A DNA stretch of 64,000 nucleotides from Tubiluchus corallicola (lineage: Eukaryota; Animalia; Priapulida): positions 100,276-164,275 of the forward strand of contig JAQGDQ010000495.1 in NCBI GenBank assembly GCA_030141605.1. The letters are read 5' to 3'. The stretch's first letter is position 1; each line of letters begins with the position of its first letter. The translations under genes were made by a program, and so were the position numbers. Under the pieces are notes generated by a model that was given only the letters and a program-made list of their open reading frames with translations, made no database searches and was not told the DNA's origin. Positions 39,701-54,000 of this stretch are shown piece after piece.

Positions 39701-42700
39701 TTAAATTTTTCCCCCAAGTTCAACATACCTTATCAAAGTCGATAATATATGTGAAATTGCTGGTAAAACATCTTTGTATGTTTGTATGTACGATTAATCA
39801 ATTAATTATCTGGGCTTCAAGATATACTCGACAATGAGACTGCTGGAGCTAATGTAGTGCTAGGAGGGCTACTATGTCAACCTAATACAAGTTTGGGATA
39901 CGTTAAAGTATACTTCCGAGGAAGCCTACTGAAAGTAGAATAATTAGTACTTTAAATGGGCAATTAAGCAGAATGCTAAGTACTGCTATCTATTTAAGTA
40001 CGGCTTATTCAGAAAAAGGTTGAATGTTCATTAATAAACCTATTTCTTGGGGTAAAAGCAAGCAACCAGGATAAATACTTATAAATTAACACTGTGCCTC
40101 GAAATACTGCCATACTGTTGCATTTCACGACAGCAGTTAACTTTTCTGACACGAATGATATGACCAGTTGACCATGCGTAAAGTGTGTTCTCAACAAAGC
40201 AGAGAGCTTGTAATCTAGAACAAATGTGCAATTAAAATCAATAAAAGAATAAACTCAGTACCATGGTCAGAAACAACAATAACATTAACACAGGTATGCA
40301 ATCCTCGTTGATACAACCCTTCCATTAATAAACCAAGTACAGCATCGACATGCTGCAATTCTTCAGTTACCTAAAATTAACACAAGACACACTTAATTTG
40401 GCAAGAAAAAATGGATCTGACGAATAAAAGATGGCAAAACTTTTTTTTAAAATTTTTTGTCTTATTGGTTTGCACACGTTCCCACCAACATTCACATAGT
40501 TTCAAAATGACAAACATTTTCTTGTCAATACAGCTTCTATACAAAAGCCAAATAATTGCAATTTTACTTTGCTCTGTACGAATGCAGTCATTGAAAAAAA
40601 AAACATGCCAACATGATTACATAATTGAAAAAAGACATGCCAACATGATTACGTAATTGAAACAAGCCATGCCAACATGAATACGTAATTGAAAAAAGCC
40701 ATGCCAACATGATTACATAACTGAAAAAAAGCAATGCCAACATGATTAAATATGTTTTGAATCCTAGTGGAACATGAAAATTATGAAGTTACTTAACTCC
40801 AAACTAATTGTTTGCTAACACGAACTTCGTTTGCTGAAAAAATCGCTTACAATGCTGGCAACAAAAAAGTATGAATCATGCAATGTTTAAATGGCATAAG
40901 TAGGCCATTCAACGAAAAGCAAATTCAGAATTTGAGCAACTACAGTTAACTTTCCTGCATAAAACTTGGAAAATACCAACAATAGCTATGTTTCATTGAA
41001 AAATTATTTACTTATCAAGTACCTCATCGCTATCTGGTCCATAGTCATGACCAACAGAATCCGGTTCCTCAAAGTACAGTGTAAAGAAATCTGGACGTTT
41101 ATCTGCTGGATAATCCAGCCATCGTAGTATCTGATTGACGCGTGTGTTATTTGGTACTCCACTGCCAAGCAATAATGAAAGTAAATGTGAAAATACGGTA
41201 AAAATTCGTTTTTCTAAGACATTCTACTAGTAAGTATAAGTTCTACCAAACAGTTTATGTTTCAATGATTGTTAGAAAGTAATAAATGTCCATAACAAAT
41301 TCTTGAAAATCAAACCTTAATTTCTAATGAGTCAAAAGTTTGTCATCTAAAAGACAGACATCTCGATAAATTAAAAAATTCTAATAAATACAAATGTTCA
41401 TCTGGTCAGTCAGTCAGTACCCGACAAAAATTAATAATTTAAATATTTGTAATAATTCTTTACACAGTTACAGAAATTAAGGGCCTGCCATATTTGTGAA
41501 TGCTGCACCATTTATGAATTATGGACGAAAAAGTAATAACACACAAAAATTATTAATGCGCAGGTTATATTCTGGCTTCTTTCAAGCACTGTGACTGTGA
41601 ATATACTCTGTACATAATATGTAACCAAACAATAAACAAGGTAAATATACATGTACACTATATACATATACATGGATTGGTCGTAAAAAAGACAAATTGG
41701 ATGCAAGTCTAACGCATATATTAAAACAGTGTGCCTCTACAAGCAAGACATTGTGTGTTTACATATGTGTGCGCACTACGTATAATGGCACCTACAATAA
41801 ATTTATCGAAACAGATAACGATTTGAAGTCAATTTATTTAAAAAATAAAAGTAAATACGAGTTGTAATTGGTTTTGTATAATTAAATAATTAAATTGCGG
41901 TCAGGTCGTGAAATCGAACAGTCGTAAGTCGCATGGGCAGTAAGTAAGTCGACCAATACCTGTATAATCTGTACATATAGGTAATGAATATGTAGGAGAA
42001 TTAGCCTAATTATAATTTTTTTCATAATGAATGCACATGTGTTTATTTGCATTGATTCACATACAGAGCTGTTGTGATTACAGTTTAAAACACTGCGATA
42101 CATATATATTTGCATTACTATACAGAAATAATATACACCCAATAACCCCCTCTGCAAAATAAAAAAGTAAATCTGATGGAAAACTCATTATCTAATTACA
42201 CAATATATTTATTCTGTTTATTTGCCTTCAATCCAATGTAAGAGTCCTTTGACAAAATGCGTAAAAAAGCATCTTGGAAGAAACTCTTATATAATAACTT
42301 CTCCATTTTATCATAAGGAAGCCATAGACCTGACAAAGACAATGAAAGTCTCTACTTACAAAGCAATGATAATTCTTAACATACTTGTCATAAGTGTACC
42401 AACGATAAGGTCGAATATCTTGAATGTCAACATCTGTACCCACCCAGAAGTAGTGTGCAGATTTCTTCCCATGTTTTTCAACAGTATTCCAAAACTATAT
42501 CAAAATGTAATGAAAAGTTATAATTAAAAAAAACGTTTAAAATTTATTTAAAATCATCCACATAATTTTTCAAGATGTTTCAACCATCATAGGTCATTAC
42601 TAGAAGTGATAAACTTGAAACTAAAATTTAAAATGTAAAACATGAGGTTAGAATAATTGTTATAAATAATTTTCATAGTTTATAAGAATAATTGAAATTT

Positions 42701-45099
42701 TACATTGACAAAGTGCAAAAGTTCATTGTGAGCACTGAAACTGCTGCATAAAATATCCCAAGTTAAATTTTCCCAGACAGAGGGCAGAAGCCATAAGCAG
42801 AGACATTAACACAGTAAACCCTACATAAACCTAACTATATACCATTTCAGTTTACATGGATACAATTAGTCAGAATAGTACTCGAGTTATTTTATTCAAT
42901 AGTTTAAGCATATGTTATTTTACTCGCAATGAATTTTTGTATTTTGAAGAATATAAAATTTTCATTAGGGTTACAACCTGAGCAAAGTTCCGAAAATATT
43001 ACTTAGCTTTAAAGCAATTTATTTAGGTGCAGAGCTCATAGTTATAGAATTTTTAAGCAAGTTAATAATTAAAATGTATTTGGCAGATGTTTTTCAGTAG
43101 AATACAAGTGAATAATGAATAAGAATTGTTACATCAGAAGAATAAACATAAAAAACTACCGGTTCTCCAAGATACCAAGCATTGTTGAACTTTTGTGAAG
43201 AACCCATACTAAAGTTAGCATCCAGAACGGGGTCATACATGCTGTTATCTATTAAACCATTCAATTCCGGATACAAACCCTACACAAAAATTACACATGC
43301 AACGTGAAACCAGTTTAGAAAATATTTGTAAGATAATTACATGATACAAACTAACAGTTTTCTTCATTTATGCATGATGTTATTGGCAAATTCTGCTACT
43401 AACAAAAAATGCATATACTCGAACTTTAAAGTATCAAATTCTTTAGGCTGTACTCGGCCGGCTTTTGATTTTTACTTAAACTCGACATTCCATCAAATGG
43501 TTGAAGAAAATTAACTTGAAACAAGCTTAAAGGATATTTGGACAACTTGAATGAATTCTGCTTCAAAAATATACTTACCGATCTTATACATTTTCAACTT
43601 TTGTATATCACATATAACAAGCAAGTTAACAACTATAACACAGACTTATAGCACAATACAAGGTCTCTCGTTTCAACCTTACAGCAAGAATATGTAATAA
43701 CACCAAGATAATCTTTATGACAGGAATATGGAATAGCAGTTACTCACCGTAGCAATAGTGTAATGATTTGTGAATGTTTTTGTTGGGTAAGCACATTGCA
43801 TGTGTGAAGCAACAGTGCCGCACTCCTGCATCCTTGTGAAATATGGAGTAACGTTCCTGAGCAAATACTCTGCTCTGAACCCATCAAATGAAACTACAAT
43901 CAACGGTGCCTCTGAAAAACTTAAATAGAAAAGCCTAATGCAGTTGAGTTAAATATGAACCGATAAAACTTGACTGGCCATTGGCACAATACTAACTATT
44001 GAACAGTTACCAATGACATGTTATAAGCTAGTTCCTAACCTTTGAGACATGGCTAAAGTATTTATCATAAGTTATCAGGGTACCATGATAAAAGTCAGTA
44101 CATAGTTAAGAAAACCGGACATTTGCTTTTTATGCGATTATGACCCAGAAAAACTCCTAACATTAAAGTGATCTTGTAAGTCTAACATACTGTGAAGTAT
44201 AAACAGTTTAAACATAATGTTTTAATAACATTATAATATAACATTCGTGTAAAGCACAATAAATAATGTAGCCATCTATCACAATCCATTAAAAATTAAG
44301 TTCTCGTGTTACTAATTACAAAGAGATCAATCATTAATTACAGCTGAAATGTCACCCAAAAATGCACCTTCAGTTGGTAAACCTTGTTTAGACCTCCTCA
44401 TTCAAAATGTTTGTTTTTTCACATTTTTCAAAAGTGTATTAGCAAGCAGCTAGTTCACTCATCTTACATAGAAAAATACACGGTCTTTAGTTGCAAGTCA
44501 AATAGTTTGTTTATGTGTCCAGCATTCAGATTTTGGAAAACTCGAAATTTTGAAATTTTATAATCATGAAAATAAAATTCTCATCGGCTTTTTAAAGAAA
44601 CTCACTTTCACTTTGCAGGTAAAAGAAAGCATATAACACGTATCTATATGTTGTTTCTGTTACCTAACATGAGTTTCTTTAAAAAATCTTAAAGGATTTC
44701 GTACCTCGACGAGGATTTCCAAAATCAGGAAGCTCGGTAAAAAGTAAATTTGTAGGTTAAACATTGATACGGTTTTCTCTTTCTATATAATATTTCTGGG
44801 TAATTTTCAATGCAATTATTGTTTGTTTATATCATAGTTAAGGCTTATCCATGTTCAGCATAGCTTGTAAGTTAATTTCTTCTGCTAAGCACATAGTCCT
44901 CCAATGCATTGTCAATCTGTAATTGTATAACTTGTATTTTGTAGTGTTAAGCTAAATCGATCAATTAAATCAATCTAAATTAAATCTAATTTGCTTTTTA
45001 TGAGACTGTTACAGCATATCACAAGTTCATTAAAATCAAGAATATCGGCTACCCTTCTGGACATTGCATCTCTTCCACACATGGCTGCTCGATCCACAT
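30712..45099 (-). other. ENPP module B (C-terminal PDE + nuclease-like domain)
   Basis: Runs from [30 protein letters not shown] to [18 protein letters not shown]. Nucleophile motif PTKTFTNH; YFWVGTDV. Confidence 0.92.
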
Positions 45100-48000
45100 C
45101 CCAGGTGGAGGCTCAGTCGTAGGTGGATCTGGCAACTCTAAGTCCCAAAGACTGAGCGGAGGCAAGAGACGAAACTGCATGGTATCGTAGAAATTCATAT
45201 ACGGATATAGCAAGAGTCCTGTCAGGTTCTCTATATCCCTAACAGATGCTGTGTGCGTAAAGAGGTAGTCCTGAGTCAGCTGTAACAACACGAAGTAAAA
45301 AACGTTATCATTTAACAACAATAACATCTCATTCACTATGTAAAATATACAGAAGAACTCATCAAAATACTTTAACCATAAAATCTTACGTGTCGATAAT
45401 GTTCACAAATCTTGCAAGAAAAACACTGTATAAATTTTTCCAAGATCAAAATTTAAGCTTGTACTGTCTGCAGAATGTTTACTTAGTTACCTTTCTGCTA
45501 ATATAAACACTTAGTCTAATGAACTCTTACAACAACAATAATGACGAGGATAATGTGACGACAAAACTCAGATACAATAATAAAGCACTTTCTAAAATTA
45601 TTTTCTGTAACAAAATTAATCACAAACAATTTAAGTGTAAGCTGTAAATGTTCTTCCTCAGCCTCTCAAAGATTTGGGCTTTGAAATTTGGACAATGTCT
45701 GCTAAATTACATTAGCTAATCAATTGTTTTTGTGTATCTTAAAATATAACATTTTAAAACATAATAAACATAGGCATTTTTACTGCTATTCATCTCATAA
45801 AACTTGAAAGCTAAATAAGTTGAAAAATACTTACTGTAAATAAACAGGGTGAATTCCTGGGCTCCATGCCACTGCTCAGCAATCTAAATACTTTACTAAT
45901 CTAATATATATTTGCTACTTATGAATGCATCACAAATTTGACCTAACACATCACATTCTGACAAATAATGCAAAAATTTATTTTTAAGAAATGACATTAA
46001 TTCTATGCAAAATAGCTCATAGTTCAGTTTATTTTAAAGAAAGGACACAACCAGCAAGATGAAGACTGCATGTTTTCTGAAGTAATTGGTCAATAGTTGA
46101 ATGATTCATTTTCTTACACGTATAACAATAAACATTTCAGTTACAGGTTGATTGCATGAATTACCAAAATGCTTCTTATTCCATACATAAAGAATCGTTA
46201 AGAACAACCAATAATACAACATGTAGCATAAATAAATTTGTCAGTTGATACATCACTTCATATTCCAAACAAGCTTATAACCTAGCCTCTTATCCCAAAC
46301 AAAATCTTTTATTTTTTACTGTTATTCATCTCATAAAACTTGAAAGCTAAATAAGCTAAAGAATACTTACTGTAAAGGAACAGGGTGAATGCCTGGGCTT
46401 CATGCTACTGCTCAGCAATCTAAATTCTTTACTAATCTAGTAAATATTGGCTACTTAGCGTAAATAGCTCTAACCCATTACCAACTACTAATCAAAGATT
46501 TTCCACAATTGGCTAAACATATATCAGCTTAAAATTAGAAAAAAACAAGCATCGAAAAAACTCCTGCAAGCACTGATAACCCACAAGTAACTTACTATCA
46601 ATAATAATTTAATGATATTAAAAGCAATTTACAGTTATTAACACAGTTACAAGCAACAGTTCACCTTGCAATTCTCCTTTTCTGGCTTGTGAGGAATGAC
46701 AAACCCGATCACATCTAAATCAGTCTCACTGCAATCCTCCAGATGCTCGCTGCTTCGGCACCGACTTACGATTAAAAAGTAATGAGTTGGCAATGGAATT
46801 TTGCTACCATTGTATACATACCTAGAAAAAGTCGTCGATTGCACGAAACTCATAAAAAATGAGAACTAATCGACAAAACAAAACTACCCATATCTCAGTT
46901 TACTGGACAAAAGCGGAAGACGTTGGTCCGAAATTGCCGATTATCCGTATTTACTGATACTAAACCAACACAGTAGGCACCATGTATTAGACTCAATCAT
47001 GTAAATTAGAATCAATCGCCTAATTGTCTCAAAAACGCCTAGTACGGGCCTCTCCTATGCAAAAGTATATAAAAACTGTCGGCAAATGACTTAAATAACT
47101 TCACATAATTGACTCTATATTTTTTCTGCACACTGCAGTCTGCTTACACTGATGTAATGATGTAAACAGCTATCGGTCAGCTCGCGAAACAACGGACTGT
47201 GTCCAAAATATGCGGGACTTTTTAACAGTCCAGATTTTGTCCGATTCTTCTGATATCTGCAAAAGCGAGTTCCGGCAAACCGAGATATGAGTGTACACCT
47301 ATCATGCTTTCCATGTGGATTGTTATTCAAATGTGCTTCTTTTCCAGAACTGCAACCTAATTGTTATTTTATTTAGTTTTAAATTAAGAAAAAATAAACA
47401 TTAATGATTTACTATGAATCCTATATGAAAACTTAAAATTAATTAAGTACAAAATTTAAAAAACTTTCGGTTTTTTTTAAATGCGCTGCAGTATTACCAA
47501 GTTTTGATGTTTTTTTAGTTTATGAATAATTATGACTACACATAAAAATTAATATGCAAAAATTTGATGTGAGTATTATGTAGCAAATATTCCAGAATCA
47601 GTTTACTCTTCTTTTGCACTGATCAGCTGATGTTATGTACACATATATAAATCAAAGGTTGCATAGTAAACCTCACTCACTGCAGTTCTTCATGATCATT
47701 GAAAAGTTCATCATGGTTATAATCAAATACAGGTCCAGTGATTATATGCAGACGTCCTAGTTTACTGGCCCACTGAGAAAGGTAACTGTGTAGTTCAGTC
47801 CAAACTATGTACAATACATAATACATACAAAATACATAAAATAAACATCAGCAGTAAACTTAAAACAGTCAAATAAAACAAAAATAAAAATTTAAAAGCT
47901 TGAAGTAGCATAATAATAGATTGTAGATTTCAAATTTGAATGTTTTGAAGTCTATAATGCAAACTAACAGTAAATGCACAGCTATGAATATACAAAAAAT

Positions 48001-51000
48001 AATAGATGAGCTGTGAAATTAAAACTTAAGAATGCATCACAAATTTGATCTAACATATCACATTCTGATGTATAATGCAAAAATTGAGTTTTAAGAAATA
48101 ACATTAACTATGCAAAATGGCTTATAATTCACTTTATTTTAAAGCAAGGACACAATAAGCAAGATGAAGGTTGCATGTTTTCTGAAGTAACTGGTGAATA
48201 ATTGAATGATTTATGTTCTTAAATGTATAGCAATAAACATTTCAGTTACTGACTGATTACGTGAATTAGCAAAATGTTTCTTATTCCATACATAAAGAAT
48301 TGTTAAGAAAAACCGATAATATAACCAGTAGCATAAGCAGATTTGTCAATTGATACTTTCCTTCGTGTTCCAAAGAAGCTTATAACTTTGACCTTTTACC
48401 CTTTCCGCAAAAAATTAGTTTGTTGTAAATATTCGTGAAAGTTACATTTGTATAAATGTAGACAATATAACTTAATGCGCTTCTTAAGATGAAAATGATA
48501 TTTCAACGCAAAAGTTATTTATAGAACAGCTACAGTCTAAAAGTATGGTGCATATAAGTTTTATAGTACATAGTTTACCTGAATCAAATCCGGCATGAAA
48601 GGGTACAATGTTAGTCAAAATAGAAGCACTGTACAAAACTTCCTTTGAAGCTTCTGCGCCTGTTGAGAAAAACAGCTATTAAAATATAAATAAACTTGTT
48701 TTAATAAGAATGGAAAAACAATGTTTAGATATATTCTTTACTTAACTTTTTATTTAATTTAATTTACTTCATTACTTGTCCCTAGTTTTAAACAAAACTG
48801 TAAGAAAATTATGCTACTAACCTACACACCGAAAGTTGGAATTTTACCCAAATTTTGAGCATGTAGTAATTAAACAAATACAACGAAAACTCACATTTTT
48901 TCCCAAAATTTTGAGGATGTAGAATGTAGAAACAGCATAATTGAGATTGTTTACTGATAATATGGGATTGTTTTATTAATGTGCAAATTTGGTTTCTTAC
49001 TTGGATTAAAAAGTCGATAAGAATGAATTTTTGCTGAAGCCATGTCATCATTATACCAATCATCACAAGTCAATTGTTTTGGGACCGGAAGACGCACATC
49101 GCCTCTTAAGCACACTTCAGAATTGTCAGACACTGTGAATTCCTGGAACAGTTTTCCACAAACATCATTCAGTCAAAAGTTTCTAAATGTGAGTATAGGA
49201 TATGTATATGTAGACAGCGTATGCCCTTGCCCAGTAGACATGATATATAAATTAGCCAGAAGACAAAAATGATAAAGACAATTTCTTGTAATTTTTGTTT
49301 GAGATGTAGTCAACCATTCTGAAACGTTGTGTTTCACTGCAGGCAAAATGTATCAATACATTATGTTAAAGTTTTAACTTGCTTCCAACTCAAAAAGCAG
49401 CTTCAGTATTTTTACTGAAAAATAAAGCGAAGCCCATTTAGCTACTTTAAAGACAAATTGGAACTTCACAAACTAAATGTAAAACACTTATTTCCGGGGT
49501 GTATCAAGACTTTACGACGCCTTAGGCTGATAGCTCTGTCCTGCACACCTCTATTGTGAATTTATGATTGTTTATGTAATGAGCAGGTTGAACAATTACT
49601 TGTGGTGTATTAGGCACACTATTAACTTAGTTTCTACGTGATCATTATTAATTACGTGTATTTGCATAGCACTTGCTTGTTGTGTAATACGTTGCACTTT
49701 GGCACCCCAGGCTATAGCCTAGTTAGCCTATTGGTTAATATGCGCCTGTTTATTTCACATTATGTTCAATGCTCAATGCCATACTAAGGAATCACAGTAT
49801 TTTCTTATCACAACCACTTCCTGGCTTTAATTTTGTGCTCCACATATTTAGCGCAGACTGCGGAACTTTAGCTTCATTTTCATTTTTAGAATTTTGCCAG
49901 AGATTTTGGCTGATTATTTTTATTTTGGATGTATTTAAAAACCAGCTGTCTCTTGCCCCAGGTAAATATTGAAATTTATTTACTTCATACTTAGTGCCAA
50001 CCGATAACAATAATGGCTTCTATACACAAGTAAAGGCAGTTCATGCCCACAACCAAAATTTATAAGAAAAAATCAAAAATCAATAAGAAACACCATAAAC
50101 GTATGATTTGTAAAATTTTGAACTGCAATACTTAAATTGTCCAATTACAGATGTACTAGTGTGTATTTAATAAAGTGTGTTTTACAGTAAAACAAGCAGT
50201 AAGAACCTGAATACTTCTACATTCCAGTAAAAAAAGTCTAGCAAACCAAAATTTCTTTTAAACACTTCAATTCTAAAATGAAAATCTTTTGGTTATGGAA
50301 TTATGACCAAATTGTGAGATTCATAAGACACGTTGTGATGATTCTGCAGTTCGCATGAGTCCTCTAACAAGACAACTGACAAATTAGCTTGAGCTATTAT
50401 GCAATGAAACTACCTTATCCACAATGTACGCTGCGAAAATTGGCAAATAGAATTCTTTGCTGAAAGCTAACAGATAATCGCTTTGATGCATTAGGTGAGG
50501 CTTTCTGTCCAAGGAAATGCCCGGCAAACCCCAAGGAGCAAATTTCTGTATAGAAGCTGCTATTTCATTCTCATCTAGATGCAACTGTGAGTCAATCTCG
50601 TACATGGAATACTCATCATCCTACAAAACATAGCTAAAGTTAAGAGCGATCATAACATTATAAATTTAAATGTATATCAGTCATCCATTTATTTACTCTC
50701 TCACTGATACCAACTGATAAAGGTGAACAAATTTCATGTGAAGGTGCACCTTTCATGTCAAGATGTAATGTGTGTAAAAAGAAAGCAAAAAATCGTTGTT
50801 TTCACCACTTTGTTTTTGTTCTAGCCATAAAAAAACATGATATAATACTACGGTCTTTCATTCTTGATCTGATTAAGCCCTTTCATGGAGATTACTTTTA
50901 CTGAAGATGGACATTTTAACCATGCGTCGAAGAGCATGTCCCTTTAAAAAGGGAAATTTTATCTTAGTTTAAACACGAAAAAATATTAGATTTTTGTTGT

Positions 51001-54000
51001 GTTTTGTTTCTCTCGGAAGGCTCGTAGAGAAAACCAGAAAACACGTTGTCAAATTGAACTAGTTTATTAACGAGAATTCTACAACACAAAAGTATGAAGG
51101 AACACGAAATGATTACACTAAACGTGAAAATCTGGAAAACGTTTGAGTGTATCTGAAAATACAAGTATACAAGAGAATGTGTAAGTGTGCATCCGTGTGA
51201 ATCTGCGTGTGTGTGTCTCAGCGGCCTGCTTCGCCTTATCAGGGTGCTAGGGAATATTCTAGAAGTTTCTTTCTAGAACATTCTACAAGGTAAGACGATT
51301 ATTCTAATGGAACATTCTACAATGTTCTATTCAATTCTAATAGATGCCAGCGATCTCCACAACAATTTTGTTGTAATGCTCTCCAAAAAAATCCTTGTAT
51401 CTGTAATTTCACAAAGATACTGCAATAACATGGCAATAAATACTTGCTTTTTACCCTTAGGTTGTTACTATGTATTTAACAATGCTTCTATTTACCTTGT
51501 AATCGCAGTCGCATTTGAACTCAGCAACTATATCATTGTATGCGTCTTCATCAGCTGGAAATTTCCATTCGTCATAGACTGAATTATAAGGCGGTGGTTG
51601 CAGTCCAGTGTCATAGTTCAACATATGATGTAGACTTCCCCACGTACCATTGTTTGACGCTGGTTGTAGGTTTAGCAGTTCTAAAAAATAAAAAGTGCAA
51701 AAAACTGATAAACACACAGTAAAGCACAAAACAAGAATTTTCCTATTACACGTACTTCAGGCCAGTGCTTAAAGTATAGTTATTTAAGTAAGAGGTCTCA
51801 TGGTGAATAGAGCAAAAACAGCCAGGAGGTCTGGGGGAATGCTGTAAAGCTCTCCTGTGCGATCCAGGGCTTACATTGGGGCAAGAACCAATGCATTTTC
51901 CTCCATTTTAGGCATTTGGGGCCTGTAACGATAAAAAACTGTCAGTTCGTTAAGCAGTTTTTCAACAGTTTTTTGTCATTAAGGCATGAAGGATCTTACT
52001 TGAAAAACCACAATTGCTTTTTAATCAATGATTTAACTAGTTTTCATCAGCTAGCTGTTATACATTACCTGGCACAAGTCTTGGCCTATTCAAACAGTTT
52101 GTCTGTGAGGAATCACTGTCTAAACAAAGTACAGCAAGGTGCGCTAGCTGCAGTTTCCATGTTGACTTCTGTCAAAGACAATCATCGTCTGCATAACTGA
52201 ATTATCGTCTATAGTTCAGTTTTGCTGACCGAAAGATGGAAATTGCGCTGCTAACATGTGTTGTGGATAACGTTATAGCTAATTAAATGGCGCGAAATCA
52301 AAATGTGCGACCCAGCAAGGCACTGTTTTTTCTTTAGGTGTAGGGTTTGTAATTTTAGGTTCTGGGTCTGCGACATTGGCAGATCCAGTACACTTTAAGC
52401 ACCATCTCAGGCTATTCAAGTGAATATCGTTAGTAGACATAGGTGTAAAAAGCAACATTATAGCAACAGTATTACTGCAGTAATGGTTACACTGGTAGCA
52501 ACAAAAGTGGTAGAAGCAGTGAAATATACAGACACACTATATATATATATGCTGCTAGAAATAAAAGCATGTTACCACATAGCAAGTTGTAGACTTCTAT
52601 ATTTTGGAACGGAAAGCTTATAGTTCCACGCTGGAAACTGGGACCATGGGCTACAAATATTGCATGCATGCTAGCTACACGTGCGTCCCATCCGTGATTT
52701 CCACCAACGCAGAACGTGTATGTGTCTGGTCTCCTATAAATTACTCAATTGTATAAATATCCAATGAAGCAGACAGTAGTAAAAAAGTAAATGTAACTAC
52801 CAGCTAACTCAGTAACAAGGGAACAGAAACTATAATCTATAGCCACAAATAACTAAAAAAATGTTGAAAAATTGCAAGCAAAAATACCAGATCAGTTACA
52901 TGACAGAGAAAATATAAAGCCTTGAAAAATTCAGGACACAGGTAATTAACTGCATTTGGTACAAGATTCACCTTTCTATTAACTGAAGGTTTTTAACTTA
53001 GCGATTTAAAAAAATGTAGCGAAAACTACACAACAAGTAACATGAAAAACACAGCACACATACAGAGCAAACCAATCAAAAGTATTGACACATTTTTATA
53101 AGTTTACCATGAAATGACCAATTTTCCAACTTCATTATTTTGAAAAGACGGTTAAAGAAACAAAATCGATTAACTTTCTATTTTTGCTAGCTTTACTCAC
53201 TTCTAATTTAGATTAAAACAAGTATGCAAGATGATGATAAAAAATCAGCTTTCAGTTTTTAAGAGAAAAAACAACCTGTAAACAAAATTCATTGTATCTT
53301 AAAATACACTTAAACATACTGAAATACCACGTAACATACGTGCAAAAAATGACTTACTTAGAAATGCCAAAAAATTTAAATCATTCTGATCTCCCACCAA
53401 ACGAATTCGCAAGCTTACTGCAGAAAAATGATGTAAGCTGGTGGATCAGATGCATGCATGAGTAACAAAACTTTTGCTATTCTCTCACAAATTGTGCTAT
53501 TACAGCTGATTAAATTTCTGTGTTTAACTGTGCTTATGTAAAAATTAGACACCAGATAAAATTAGCAACATTTTTCAACATTTGCATTAACTAGTCGAGT
53601 TGGAGGATATAACGTTATAATGGGTTTCATTACATAGTGGGCAACAGGGTTCATCAAAAAGCAAAATAATAGTATTAATAATCTCTTGTTTAACCGTTTA
53701 GGATTGCCATTAGTTCACAATACATGCAAAATAGTTTGTTCGATCACCTGGCAGGTAATTGTTTATATTGTCCGGTACAGATAACAACTTTTTTTGTTCA
53801 AAATGAGCAGACCCAAGCATAATGTGAAATTGACTTTACCTATAACATGAGGTGCTTATTACAGTTTTATCACTGAAACTTTCTAACCTTTTTCTCAAAT
53901 ATTAAAATCAGCTATTGTCCAAGAAATTATCTCATTTTCTTTTTAAAACTTAAAAGCTCACGGTTACCTTGCTACAAGCCATTCTTCTTCCACATCAATA

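Noticed and set aside
40604-40748. 32-bp repeats as a CRISPR array
   Set aside because: Head-to-tail units with no unique spacers, in a eukaryotic intron, with no cas genes.
45049-45052. In-frame TAG after CPEG, suggesting two separate ENPP genes
   Set aside because: The TAG is within the gtag donor. The exon already encodes the start of module B and its phase matches the next exon, as in module A.
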